Shown: positions 12,976-26,054, counted from the whole stretch's first letter. The stretch: 60,341 nt of DNA, filler included, from Hausera hauseri (GCA_046269625.1; 10 parts of 10 records of this genome joined end to end with filler, not necessarily neighbours in it), one strand, 5' to 3'. The notes: generated by a model not told the origin, from the letters alone. Numbers and translations: made by a program.

Positions 12976-14201
12976 ATGTCAAAAGGAAGACAACTAAAGA
13001 AACATTTACCCAGGCACGGACATAAATACTGTGTCTTGTATGACAAGAACAGCGAAGACCTTTTGTATTACGAAAGAAAAGGAAGAAAATTAATAGTCAT
13101 CCCAAAAAGCTTAAGCATCGAAGTTTTAATTGCAGAACACGATTCATATTTGGCAGGACACATGTCCTGGAAGAAAACATTAAAAAAAATATTGAATAAA
13201 TACTTTTGGCCCAGTATCTATATTGATGTAATAAATGGATGAATGCTTCCAAAGTATGTGCCACTAAACAGAAAATGACAAAGAACTACATGGCAGAGCT
13301 AAAACCGATTGCCCTACCGGATAGACCTATGCAAGCCATGTCAATGGATATCATAGGACCGCTTCCTACGACCGACAAAAACAATAAATATATCTTAACT
13401 TGTATTGATCGACTAGCTCATTTTGTCGAGTTGATAGCTTTAATCGATCAAAAGGCAGAAACTTTGGCCAAAGCCGTGGTAAGAAGAATCATTTGCCGAT
13501 ATGGACCAAATATTAGCGGATCGAGGAAGTAACTTTACAAGCAAACTATTTGAGAAGATTACCAAAATATTTAAAATCGAGCGGTTGACTACTACTGCGT
13601 ATCAACCTCAGTCTATTGGAATGGTTGAACAAATGATTGCAACTATCATACGCATACTACCAACAGTAGTAGCTAAGGACCAAAAAGATTGGGACAAATT
13701 CTTAGAAGGAACTCAATTTGCAAATAATACCACCCAACATCCGGCAACAGGATTTACGCCATTTTTCACGATGTATGAACGAGAAGCTGTGTTAACCACA
13801 GACTTAGGAATGACGCCGTACACGGTCAGTCCCGAAGATTTGGAGCAAAACTTTGCAGAAGTATTACAGACGCGACTAAAAAATGTTGATAAATCGCCAA
13901 GGAGTTATCCCAAGAATATCAAGAACAGTTTAAAAGGCAATATGATACGAAAGCGAAACCGCATGATTTAGAACAAGGAAATTGGGTTTACGTACATTAT
14001 CAAATATCCAGAAAAGGTACGTCGTTAAAATTGACTCATGCAGGCAGAGGACTATACGAAGTTACCAGAGTTACGCAAACTACGGTGTACATCAACAAGA
14101 GTGGAAAGGAAGAAGTCGTGACTGTACAAAGAGTTGTTAAGAGGGAGATACTGCCCAATAAACGCTACAATTTACGCCAACGCGAGATAAAAACTTCTTA
14201 A
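12976..14201 (+). pseudogene. pol: Integrase
   Basis: H..AGH..KT..YFWP zinc-binding region, MDIIGPLP, DRGSNF, AYQPQSIGMVE, TGFTPF, and a C-terminal RYNLRQR. Confidence 0.95.
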
Positions 14202-15420
14202 ATAATTGCTAGACCGATATCATAAGTTCAGATAGTTTTAGCACTATCGTTAATTGCTTCTTATATTCCGAGAACACACATTCAATGGTGAGACGATGAA
14301 TCTACGCTAGGAGACGTTTACGGAATACGGAAAAGCGGACTAACGGCGAAAAATGCCATAGCGAAGAAGAAACCAACAGCTGAACTTTTCGCCAGACGCT
14401 GTGTGCGCTGGATTTAAGACTCAAAGACCACATCACGATTTCAGGAAATTTCAGATTGTCCTATACGACGTAACAGTGAAGGAAGTAAAAAGTGTGATTT
14501 TGAACCCGGAGATTATACCCAGTGCTGCGATATAGACTTTGTACATACTTACAATCTTACTTATCGCCTGTACTTACCAGACTCAGCAGAAGACTATATT
14601 GAAATAAACCCCTCACTTCAGTTGGTCATTCCTGCTTGGATCAAACGATTTGAAGTAAAGCCCAATGAAATGCTTCAATCCACCTACCAAAACGTAAGGT
14701 TATTAGCGAGAATATTAAAGAAATCTCAATAAACAGAGATGAACGATGTATTCAAGTGGATGTCGAATGGAATTAACCCATAATCAAGCAATCAGTATTT
14801 TTTGAAGATGTAAACGGAAAAACTCCGAAAATAAAATACTATTTTGTTTATGCCGGTGTGCAAAACCCATGTTGTAAACTACCAGTAAACCAAGAATTCA
14901 AAATAAAGTTTGACTTATATAAAGTACAACCGAATAAACCGAGCAAACATTTGCGAACTTACTACCCGGAGAATAGAATATGGAAGATTTCAAGCGAAAC
15001 GACAACCAAAAAGACAACTACTCGGGTTTGTACCGTTGCGAGAACCGTTACATCGGGCAGTACGCCTAAGGAAAATATACTGGAAAGTATACATACTTGG
15101 AAAGTATACCTATTAAGTATTCGGCGTATCGATCTAAAATCGTGTTCTTTGTAGAAGAAAAATTAAATTACAATATACACATAAGCTGCCGAACAACGTA
15201 TAATGATCAAATTGTAACATTACTTAAAAACACTGACCAGACAGAATGCAATTTGTTAAAACCGCAATCAGATTACATAGTACAAGTATATGCAGATATT
15301 AAACAAAACCAAACACCCCATCATAGCTACGAATTAGAAACCAGTTTTCAGAGACATCAAACCAATGAGACAAGTCGAGACACGTCGACGACTAAATCTC
15401 CTAAGACAATCCCATTATAA
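14202..15420 (+). pseudogene. Post-integrase surface-protein ORF (hydrophobic signal-like stretch, Cys-rich region, FN3-like domain, Thr-rich stalk); no TM in this copy
   Basis: VQIVLALSLIASYIP, several Cys, TTTKKTTT, and LLKPQSDYIVQVYA (FN3-like LKP.T.Y...V.A). Homologous to 28707-29636 (minus). Confidence 0.65.
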
Positions 15421-15464
15421 CGTCACCTCTTCTGACGCAATAGGCTCACCTGATGATGCCGCTC

Positions 15465-15476
15465 AGGGAGGAGAAA
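15465..15476 (+). promoter_or_regulatory. Polypurine tract
   Basis: AGGGAGGAGAAA immediately precedes TGTTG; an identical sequence is at 26055-26066 (minus). Confidence 0.9.
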
Positions 15477-15916
15477 TGTTGGAAAATATCAGCAGTGTCG
15501 TGCCAACCACAAATGTGACAGCTGATCGGAGTTAATAAAAGAAATTTTTGAGCAATAAAATATTATAGAGGAAATAATATATTTTATGTACATAATAAGC
15601 AATGGTATGAGAGGATTTAATTGTATATAAATACAATAAATGAAAGTACAAAAGTTTGTATTTGCGACAAAGGAAATAAACAGAATAATAAACACCACCG
15701 GTAGAATAGCGCGAATATATATAAGCGGGAGGAAGATTAAAAAGAATCAGAAAAATCTGACGACAGCAGCCAGAGATTCAGAAGAATTAACTCTTAAAGA
15801 CTATTCTATTGTGATCTGACCGACTTCGTGAATTCTTTGAAAAGTCGTATCGTGTAGTCAGTTTCTTGGTAATCGTTTTATTTTAATAAAGGTTATGATC
15901 ATGTCTCACAGCAACA
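15477..15916 (+). repeat. 3' LTR of copy A (440 bp)
   Basis: Starts TGTTG after the PPT and ends CAACA; TATATATAA at 15716 and AATAAA at 15885. Confidence 0.85.
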
Positions 15917-18524
15917 GCTGTGCCCCCAAGGTTGCTTTGCTCTCTCAAACAGACTACTTTAATCTACATCATAAACTACACATTATTCCCTCTTAGAACC
16001 AAACTCTTAAAAATTGAAAATAAAACAGTGGTTTGAGTTTTGTTACTGACTGTTGCTCTGTGATGCACAAGCCCGAGCTTGATTGAAGGAAACAAAAAAG
16101 GTGCATGATAAAAACGGAGTATGGTCGTTCGCATCTNNNNNNNNNNNNNNNNNNNNNNNNNNNNNNNNNNNNNNNNNNNNTTAATTAATTAANNNNNNNN
16201 NNNNNNNNNNNNNNNNNNNNNNNNNNNNNNNNNNNNTGGAGCCATTAATACTTAAAATTACGAAAAATAGAGGCCGTAGTCCCTCATTGAAAACGAAACG
16301 TAGAAGGCGTTCGCGTTCACAAGTAACTAGAGAGAAAGTAGAAGAAATGAGAAAAACCGACATCGCTGCAGAGAGTGACGTACAGCCTAGCTTAAATACA
16401 ACATAAATTGGCCCATTCACACCTATCGAGACAAAAGAACTGATAGAGTTTATTAATAAAATTAACGAGATTTGCCCACTTCCCACAAGTGAAGAAGAGA
16501 CGCAAAATATTGAAGATTTTGATGCAAGAAACTGGAAAGTCCGACATTCGTGGAAAAACGCCGATGAATTAAAGAAAATGAGAACTAGATGCCATGATCC
16601 AGAAATATTACAACGAAATTTGGAAAGGATTAACGGACAAGTAGATATATCTGGCAAAGAGCAAGAGTTTGCTGAAAAGTTATATAAAATTTATAATTAT
16701 GTCGTGAAGGAAAGCTTGATGACGCAATCGACTTAGGACAACCTGAAGAGGTAACACCCGAACTTTGATAAAATGGAAGCATGAATTAGAATCATGGGTT
16801 AAAAGTGGAGTCGAATTTTCGGAAGGATGGAGCAAAAATGAAGGTAGTGTTGAAGTAAAAGTCTCTAAAGCTCAGACGCTACTGTCTACCTTNNNNNNNN
16901 NNGAGTAAATCCAAAACAGAAGAGAGTAGTCCGTAATTTAGAGCGTATGATGGATGAAATCCGCTGTGCAATGATTAATCGGCTTAGAGAAAAACCGGTT
17001 AGCAATCGAAGTGATATAGATTTAGAAATATTGGGTATAGACCCAGTAGATATTCCTCCCTTACTGGAGATGATAAAAATTGCCTTTGCCGAACCTAGAC
17101 AATATGCTAATTTAGAGAATCGTATTAAAACGGAGAATGAAAAGAGATCACAAATTAGGAGCTTGAGAAATCGAATTATGTTTATGAAAAACGAAGAGAC
17201 CAATTACGTAATAAATGATTGTATTGTATAATTTGATGAATATAAGTATGAGTTCAATTATGTCAGCCGGATTATGAATTTCATAAAGGGTCCAGATGAC
17301 GAATTAAAGGATGCATATAAAATGCTAGACAAGGCAATATTGGCAAAACCAGTAATCGCCAATCAATTGTCGAAATGGTCCGAATTAATAAGGAGGCTAA
17401 GTAATTTAGTATACCATAAGAAAGAATTTTCAGAAAGCGAACCATCTGTTAAAAAGCAATTAGAAGAAAATGCACGTAACTTACANNNNNNNNNNCGAAA
17501 TATGACTTGCGATTTTTACCCTAGATTAATGAATATCCGACTAGAAGGAGTCCAACATTTAACAGATAAACATATAAACGAAATTTCAATTCATGATGTC
17601 GAAACTCTAGATATCTATCCGGAACAGCGTATCTTTAGAAGAAGCAATAAGGTTCTTACATAAACAACAAGAATGGATGACCGGAACAGACCAGAATTGC
17701 CATACTGAGTTGACCAAAATAAGAAGCGACCAAAATCTTAGTTTTGAAGAATCTAAGTTCGTAAAGAAATTGATCCCGACTCAAAAATCATAAATGAGAT
17801 ATATGAGTTAGTAAATGGCAGAGATTAATGATGAGAAGATGAAACAATTGATGCCCGACTTACGACAAGTTGAAGAAACGTGCATCAGAACTAAACAAAG
17901 AGCAACGAGGTTATATGATTTGGCAGAAGTGCTCGGAATCTACCGGAACAAATATGCTTTTACCGAATCAGAAATCAAAAATAAACGCTAGTTTGTACAA
18001 AGGTGGCAAAGAGATGTAACTATTGAACTAACTGATTATCACCAAAAAGGATTTATCAATTCTAATGAATTAGTCGAACTACTGAAAATGATTCAGTATG
18101 CCTATGGAAACGGAATAGGATTCGGGACCACGCAGATGAAAGAAATACAGCCAAGGTTAAAAGAAATTCGAGAGAATGTACAAAGGACAAATACAGCAAT
18201 AATAGACTATTGACTTCCAGACGTTGGAAATGAACCGGAATGGGACGCGTACTCAGATGCATTAACGACGGAAAATCCGGTGACTCCAGTATAGCTAAAT
18301 GAAATAGAAACGTATCCTCAGAATAGGAGATTCAGTGTGGAGATGCTTCTGGATTCAGCGCTAACTGAAAAAGATTTAATTGAACTAATTAACGTAAACA
18401 TCACTGAAAGTACATTACGACAACCTTAACTAAATTACCTAGTGAGAGTACAATTTATAGCGCGGTGCCGAAACTTTTGATAAGGAAATACGCTAAAACC
18501 TTGAGGGCTAAACCTGAGGTAGCG

Positions 18525-18743
18525 ATAAAGGTAATGGTATCATCCGAGTGGATGGATGAAAAAGAATGTGAGCTAACTACTTATTCCTATGTAAGGGACG
18601 CAAGAGAATGGTTATTGAATAATGGTGGAACAAACGAGCTAAACTATAGATTCTATTTTAGAGGTAGAATACTAGACGATTTAGAGCAGTTAATAGACGT
18701 CGGGAATATTCCCGACGAAACAGATCGAATAGTGGTGATAGTA
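18525..18743 (+). CDS. Ubiquitin-like (beta-grasp) domain within the polyprotein
   Basis: IKVMV...YRFYFRGRILDDLEQLIDVGN..IVVIV aligns without gaps in the core to ubiquitin [21 protein letters not shown]; length ~73 aa; no terminal GG. Confidence 0.7.
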
Positions 18744-19462
18744 GCCAACGAACAGACAAAAGAAGCCACGCTTAAGGCTAAGACGGAACAGTGTGTAGGA
18801 CAAATTATGGGAGTCCGAGGTGCTGCAATGTATTTTGCATATTTACAAACGGATGAAGATAAGGAGCAATACGATAAGAATTTAAGCCACTAAGTGAAAT
18901 AAAAACTAATGTTCCAAGACAGAAACGCCCAGTCGGCAGGCCCAAGAAGACGCGAGAAGGGTTTGACTATAACGAAGAATTGATTATAGAATTGAGACAG
19001 ATATCGATACCTACTTTCAACACAGACAATCAAGAATTAAGCGAATTAATGAATAATTTAATACGTATTGTAAATTATCCAAGCCTCCGAGGCGATACAT
19101 TAGATGATAAAGAAAAAGCGATATTCGATGCAGCAAGGAGGATGAGAATTTCACGTTTAAATTATCGAAAAGTAACTTAACCGATGAATCAGTGATCGAA
19201 AAGATCATGGTGGAAAACACCATGGAGGAATTTAGAAAAGTATTACCATACTTGTTTGTTAAAATAAACCCTAATAGAGAGAATAAAATTAATATGGCTA
19301 AATCTTACACAAAGAGCGGCGAGAAAACTACCCTGCGAAGTAAATTGGTCGAGGTTATTCGAAAAGGAAGAAGACAGACGGACCGGTAATAGTAATAGAC
19401 TTGAAGATATACTACGTAATTTGGCAACGACGGATAATTGTAACCGGAAAAACGAATCCAAT

Positions 19463-21350
19463 TGGTTAATCAGCCTACTCACCTTGATGATGCCAATAAA
19501 GCATATAGGTGCGGTTACCGTGTACGACTGCGATAAGTTTAAATTAGGACAGAAATATTTCTTAATGTACTTAGATGTATGTGAGGATGCCAGGCCGCAT
19601 AAACTAGAAACGAGAGAGAAAAGCTACTTCCTAGATAAACAACAAGAATTGATATTGTTGGACGGAATGGAATGCATGTTGAGACGATCTCGTTGCATCT
19701 TTCACTGTGGATTAATGCGCGGCCATTTTTTAATAATCAAACCAACAACCCCTCCGATTCCGATGAACTTGAAACGCCAGCATTGCAAACAGGCTAAGGA
19801 ACCCGGACAACTAAAATGGGATAGCATGGAACTAGAGATGCAACCAGGAAAGATAATTAGGGCATACAAAGTAGTGGTTGGAAGGCTAGACATGCATAAT
19901 GGTCATTGTAATGGAGCAAAATACGACACCGGAAAAGTACTAGAAGCTAACGTGATGGTGGTAGATTTTTATAAATCGGAGATGCGAGTGCAAAAGGTGA
20001 TGTTCCACAGCGTCACCAAGCTATGTACAGAAAATCAAAAGTGTCATTTAAAAGACGGCACGTGTGCTTTTAGAAGTTCTGTTATAATATGGGAAACTCC
20101 CTCTGGAAGAAACTGTAATTTTATCAAAATTAAGGAATTGATATTTAACGAAACTACCAGAAGCGATATGTAGACAAATCCAACATCAACTGAAGTCACG
20201 CGAGGGCACTGCAGAACACTCTACACCTACTATATTGATCTCCGACCAGCATGGACTAAAATTTATTAAGAAAGAAATAATGTCTGGTTGCGAAGTGGTG
20301 ATGTTCACCACCAAATATGAAGCATTTTTCGTCGCAAAAACGAAAATAAATGCGAAAACTTACAAGCTAGAAACGCAGGACATTCGAGTTCAGGATTACC
20401 TAAAAAACCAAGACGATTACTTTTATTACAAGGGACAAGTCGGAATAACCGAATCATATCACAAAATAATAACGAATGATTGTAAATTGGATACGGAAAT
20501 CATAAGGATAAAACTGGCCCTTATCTATGCTAACCCTGAGTTAGCCTCTCCAATAATTTCTATGAGAGAAGGAATTTTCAATCGAGTTACCTGTGAAGTC
20601 ATATTGACTTATGAATGTGAGAAAAGAGACGTACTAATCAACGTTGAAGAAAAACGTTACATACAGGAACTCCACGTTATTTACCAGAATACTCCAAAAT
20701 TAACCACGCCGCTTACTAGAGTGTTATTAAACAATGCAATTGAACCAGCAATCCTTAAATATTGTAAAGCAAGTTTAGAAAGACCAATGTTTAAACGAAA
20801 CGAAAGAGATTGGGTAAGTTTGCCTAACGGAGATATTACTGCCGCTCTAAACAAATTATAAGGAAAAAATCTCGCGAAAGGAATTACGGACGACAAGTTT
20901 CAAAACATCTCTTCAAAGGGCATATATAGGCCTAAGGAAATCGAAGCCTTCGGACAATTTCTCGCTTTTTCGCGACAACGAATGCACGAATTAAATCGAG
21001 CCATGGCATCCGTAGTGGATGATACTCGATATCAAGCTAAATGGAAATCATTGCTGGGTGTAAATCATTACCAACCAGTAACCATAGAAATACTCTACAA
21101 GATTTGGGGAAGAATTTTATTTTATGGACAAGCCGATTTTGGATTCTTAGCAATATATTTCTTAATCCAAATGATTAAAGCTGTATTCCAATCAGTAATA
21201 AGTGGTTATGAAATATTTACATTGACCGGATTTTCATGTAAAATACTGACTGCAATCATAACGCCTTTTCGAAAGTTTTTGAAAGCATACGAAAAAAATA
21301 GATGGAAATCAAACGTAGAACGTCATTTTGGTTATCATAATCGTAAACGA
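19463..21350 (+). pseudogene. env: Chuvirus-type envelope glycoprotein, copy B
   Basis: ORFs 19421, 20235 and 20982 carry the same Cys pattern (VYDC, FHCGLMRGH, GHCNG, CHLKDGTC) and TM region as copy A. Confidence 0.85.
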
Positions 21351-21723
21351 AAAGGAAAACCTTTGTTCTTGTACAAGCGGAAATTCACAAATCTAATATG
21401 CGAAGAAATGCTTCAGACGATGACGAGCCTAAGGGAGGAGAAGTACTTCCAAGAACAAACAGGCATAAGACGTATTCCGTCAGTAAAGAACCATTGCCTA
21501 TGCTATCCCCTACTGTGCCAGTCTATAAAGAGTGCGACAAACAATCAATGACCTTATATCAGACAGAAATTTATAAAAGGATAATTAGTTTAGAATACCC
21601 CTACGAAGGGAAGAAGCGTTATGNNNNNNNNNNNNNNNNNNNNNNNNNNNNNNNNNNNNNNNNNNNNTTAATTAATTAANNNNNNNNNNNNNNNNNNNNN
21701 NNNNNNNNNNNNNNNNNNNNNNN

Positions 21724-21904
21724 TCAATAAAATGAGGCCTAATAAGATGGTTATTGAGCAAGCCCGACGACATGTTTGCAGAAAATTGATGGTGATGGTT
21801 AACGATCTGGGTATGGGCTCATGTACTCCGGTGCACGAGCACGTCCACAACGATAGACAAAAACCAAATATACGAGCATATTCTGCATTAGTAAACTGCG
21901 GCAT
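21724..21904 (-). mobile_element. Degenerate N-terminus of a Tc1/mariner-superfamily transposase (DUF4817-like HTH)
   Basis: MPQFTNAEYA..FGFC then, after a frameshift, GRARAPEYMSPYPDR, which resembles the FTNAEYAD..YGFC.GNAR.A..EY..RYP.R consensus. Confidence 0.5.
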
Positions 21905-22685
21905 AATGGCTAACAGCAACAGCAACAGCAACACCACAGCACAAGAATTATCTGTATAATTCGTCAATCACAACTCATGTCAATTAAATATTGATCAAAT
22001 TAATTCAAACAGTTTAACGATCGACAGTAGGCAGCATATTGCTTTGTGGATGTAAACTACAACAATTATAGTAACAACATATTGATATTTGTCTGTGATG
22101 GATCAACTGCAACGAGCTATTCTATTTCTGCTTTATTAATTTTGCCATACACCACAGAAATCTCTTCTGATCATCTGTCTTACCTGCAATAAAAATGCCA
22201 GTGTAAAAGTTTTACCTTACCGACAGAAAATCAATTCTCATACGATACATTCGCATTGATGATGCAACAAAATTCATACAAGTTGATGTCGTACGTTACG
22301 TTTCAATGCTTTTCCAATTTCAATCTCTGCGACCGATGACTATTCCTATTCATGAAAAAGCAACTACCAAAGCAACTCCTTCAATTCTGCAGAAGGAGAC
22401 TGAAAAGCTGCATTGCACATGTGCAGCAGCATACCGCCTTTTATCGATTTCTCCACGAACTTGAAGCATTACAGGAACATTTACGTGCAATTATCCGCAT
22501 TGGTGGCCAGTATGTTACAGAATAACTTCTGTACAATTTTATTCAATTAGACTTATTTTTCTCCTATCACAGTTTGATGGTTTTTATTAAACGTGATGTA
22601 GAAGTAACTCTAACCGATTGATGTAGTTGATGTAGCAATTTTTATCGAATATTCGAATAAATCATCGACTGAACGGTCATTTTAG

Positions 22686-23551
22686 TTTCCTATTCTGGAT
22701 GGGCGATCTGAATTTCCGCATTGATGACATAAGCAAAGAAGAAGTTGAACGACTGGTACAAGATAAACGATATGATGAAATATACGCACACGATCAATTG
22801 AAGAAAGCAACGAAAGATCACAGCATCTTCAAAGATTTCCAGGAAGGGGAATTGACATTTCCACCGACATTTAAATACGATGACAATTGCGATGTTTACG
22901 ATACAAGGTAAATGACCGACAATTTGATTCTGTGCATTTCCTTGCAGCAAAAAGAGACGGAAACCTGCGTGGACAGATCGAATATTGTATTTGGGTCACA
23001 ACGACGACACGTTATTGAAACCAGAAATCAAATTACTCAAATACTATTGTGTACAGAATGAACGTGGATCTGATCATCGACCAGTTTGTGCGGAATTTCG
23101 AGTTTCATTCAAATTACTCGAATTATCATCATTACCAATCGAATTCGATAAAACGAAAGGAGGTTGTAACGAATTCATTAATTGGTCCCCCCATTGATGA
23201 TATTCAGATTGGACAGGACTACACGATGCTGTTGCACGTTATCGTTGTATAACTCCAATTATTGATGGCGACGAAGATCTCACCAATAGGAAGGCACTGA
23301 GTATATTCAAACCTGATCGATGGGATTGGATCGGTTTATTGCCAGAGAAATGGTGTTTGTTGTCAGAGGATCTCATAACATACGTATATGTGCCGACAAC
23401 GCATTCAGCAAATCTGCATTCAATGGTCGATACGGAATTCTCTAAGAAATATTTGACAAATGTGCCCAAACATGGCGGCCTTCAACTTGTGTATTTTAGT
23501 AAGAGGAAAAATTGCATTCAAGGATATTCGAGCATATTTCATTCGTTATAA
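22686..23551 (+). CDS. 3' exons of an inositol polyphosphate 5-phosphatase with a C-terminal SKICH domain (INPP5K/INPP5J-like). Exons 22686-22907, 22948-23162, 23208-23551
   Basis: FWMGDLNFRI, FPPTFKY, spliced YDTSKKRRKPAWTDRILY, SDHRPV, and SKICH-like WDWIGL. GT-AG introns of 40 nt (22908-22947) and 45 nt (23163-23207) restore the frame. Confidence 0.9.
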
Positions 23552-24532
23552 TTCTGTGGATGGGGTGGACTGGACTGGACTGGACTGGAGTAAAGTAGAA
23601 TGGCACATTGTGTGTTAGAATTGATTTCTAATATTTATACTCTATGCTAATTTACTATTATATTTCATATTTAATAAGATATTCGAATTTTTTTTCATTT
23701 CCCTTTGTTAAAATTTAATTGAAAATACGATGGATGGATGGGTGGGTGGGTGGATAGCGGTCAGTAGTATAGAAATGCCGGTCCTCGATCAGCCCTTACC
23801 CCCACCACAAGGATTTTGTACGATGCATCCCGGAGGCTGGAGAAGTATGGGAAAATGTGGATGTTAAAGGGAAATGATGTATGTCACATAGAAATGATGA
23901 GACGCGAAGGCTGCATTGAATGGTGAAGGAATTAGACCGATCGGATGAAAGGCAGCTTCAATGGGAGATGGAGAAAAGTGATCCAGAACCGGTATTTTTA
24001 TACTACCACGAAGTAAACGTTGAATGACCAACCAAATGAATAGCCAAACGGAACCAAAATGGACGATGCATGGAAGGCGATACAGACTCCAATGTGCATG
24101 TGTGCGTGTGTGTGTGCACTGATGATGGATTCCAGTATCGAGATCAGTATCAAATGAAAGAGTTCGACGTGGGTTATTCGTCAAAGTCATTCGAATTGAA
24201 ACCAAGCTTGTCCGGCCGGACAAAGTCGGGAAAACCCAAAAACCGAATAAATCGTTGGAAAGAAAATCATCAAAACCGACCGAAACCGGTTTCAATCGAC
24301 GTGCAGACGGTTTCTGATTTGGATTATGCGGGACGGACAATTTCGACACGTTTCCATTTACGTACGGCAATGAAAAACGGAAAGTGTTATATATTGGGGT
24401 GGCCCTTAACAATCTCCCACTGTATAACAAAATTTATTCTCGAAATTATTTGGCTCACGCAGGTAAGGCCTAACGTTCTCGTTTAGACAGTATTTGTGCC
24501 TTATTTGTTTAGATTTAAACAACTGAAATGCA

Positions 24533-25423
24533 TGTCCATGTTTCAAGGCATGTACGACAATATTTATGTCGACATTCGTTGTCGTCCAATTTAACGTATC
24601 CTTGCCAAAGGCTTTCTATACAGACAGGGCAGATATCTTCATCTTCGTTTGTGTTTTCATCGTCAAGTTCTACCTTGGGAATACTCTTAATTTGTTCAAA
24701 CACAAGACCATCATGATCGTAGTATAGGTATCCATGAACTTCCTTTTGCTGAATGTTAATCGAGTTCTTTCTCGAGTCATAGTCTACTGGAACTAACGTC
24801 CAGTCTATAACAGTCTCTGTGTCGAGGTCAGGAATTTTACCTTCCTTTTGATATTCCCCGTGTTGTTTCTTTACCATCGATTGGACTTGGGCATCCACAG
24901 GAATTGACAGTTTTCTTGTTCTCTTTCATTTAAATATTCGGGCTAAGTACTGTCCTATGTTTAGATTTTCCCACCCATATGCACCTTCTGGGACATCGCG
25001 TATTCCTGCGTTTTTCATATAGAACACTGCTTCATTCAGTTTTTGACGACTGCAATATTCTGCGGTAATTAATAGTTTCCGATAGTCCTTGATTGTCGAA
25101 TAGTGAATGTTTTTCTTGTGATCTCTTTTTCTTGAGTGCGTTTACTCCGCTGAATATCTGGATAAATTCATTTTCCGACTTCCTTCTTGGGGCTTGTTTT
25201 CTGGTTTTTCTTTCAACATTCCCTGATTTGGTTATATCCATTACGTTTCGGTTTCTGTAATTTCGATATCAGTTTGGGAATTTTCCTCTTGGTTCTTTTT
25301 GGTTTCTCTTCTCTTGGGTGACTGTTTTGCTTCGGGCTATTTTATTTCCTTTACTGACTTCCTTTCTCCTTTGCCTTCTTCACGGTTTCTTTTTTAAATA
25401 GATAGTCATAATGTGATAATGAA
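24533..25423 (-). mobile_element. Inserted fragment of the element's RING ORF, flanked by 18-bp direct repeats
   Basis: Homologous to ~26327-27212 (CPVC...CRHKYCRTC). TTAAACAACTGAAATGCA occurs at 24515-24532 and 25424-25441. Confidence 0.8.
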
Positions 25424-25618
25424 TTAAACAACTGAAATGCAAGTACTCTCTTGCGGTCCTGTGCAATCAATTTAATCAAATTCTGACTCTTAACTAGTTT
25501 AAGTTAGAGATTTTAGTTCCTAGGGTAGTCAAATTACCCTTAAGGGGAAAAGATAAACTATAAGTAATTTAGATACAAAAAATTTATTTAAATGAAAATC
25601 AGTCGTACTTAGTACGGA

Positions 25619-26054
25619 TGTAGCACTCGAAATATTTGATGCTGCGATTTTGGTTTTATTGTTTAATTCAACACTGAGCTTCATAAATTCAACTGAATCG
25701 ACTGAATCGCTTTGCGATTTTAAAACTGTCTCCACTAGTTTCAACTCGCAACGACAACTAGTTTTCTCTCTAACCGATTTTAAGTCTATCTATATATATG
25801 GTGAAATGACACGTGCATGCTGATTAATATTTTCTTTGGACTAATTTCAGATTGTTTTTTGTTTTCAACAGTTTTCCAATAATTTATTTTCGTAAGTTCG
25901 ACAAATACTCCGGAAATTATTAAAAATACGGCAAATTTTCCTGATTATTGTTTTCTAATTATACAGAAAATTTTTAAATCCATATAAATATAGATAATGC
26001 TAAAATAACATACAATTCTATACACTTTTAATTGATGTGTACAATTTTGCAACA
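25619..26054 (-). repeat. 3' LTR of copy D (~436 bp)
   Basis: On the minus strand it starts TGTTG directly after the PPT, has a TATA near 25790-25798 and AATAAA at 25655-25660, and ends GCTACA (copy A ends GCAACA). Length is nearly identical to copy A. The distal end is less certain than the proximal end. Confidence 0.7.

Larger units (their letters stand above)
6245..15916 (+). mobile_element. Envelope-bearing Ty3/Gypsy (Metaviridae-like) LTR element, copy A: 5'-truncated, 3' LTR present
   Basis: Contains unknown region, glycoprotein, PR-RT-RH-IN in Gypsy order, an extra ORF, PPT and a TGTTG...CAACA LTR. Colinear homology with 16237-21623, 25619-29636 and 29737-34694. Confidence 0.93.
16237..21623 (+). 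mobile_element. Same LTR-element family, copy B (internal fragment: unknown region, glycoprotein, start of the protease linker)
   Basis: Colinear protein homology with copies A and C across the whole contig. Confidence 0.92.

Noticed and set aside
23730-24430. 188-aa and 138-aa ORFs, and a possible hammerhead-like CTGATCGAG motif
   Set aside because: The ORFs run through microsatellites with no motifs, and the ribozyme core lacks a matching GAAA and stems. Probably a repeat remnant that I cannot classify.
24385-24440. Alternative distal end for the copy D LTR
   Set aside because: The end at 25619 gives 436 bp, a GCTACA terminus and AATAAA spacing that match copy A better.
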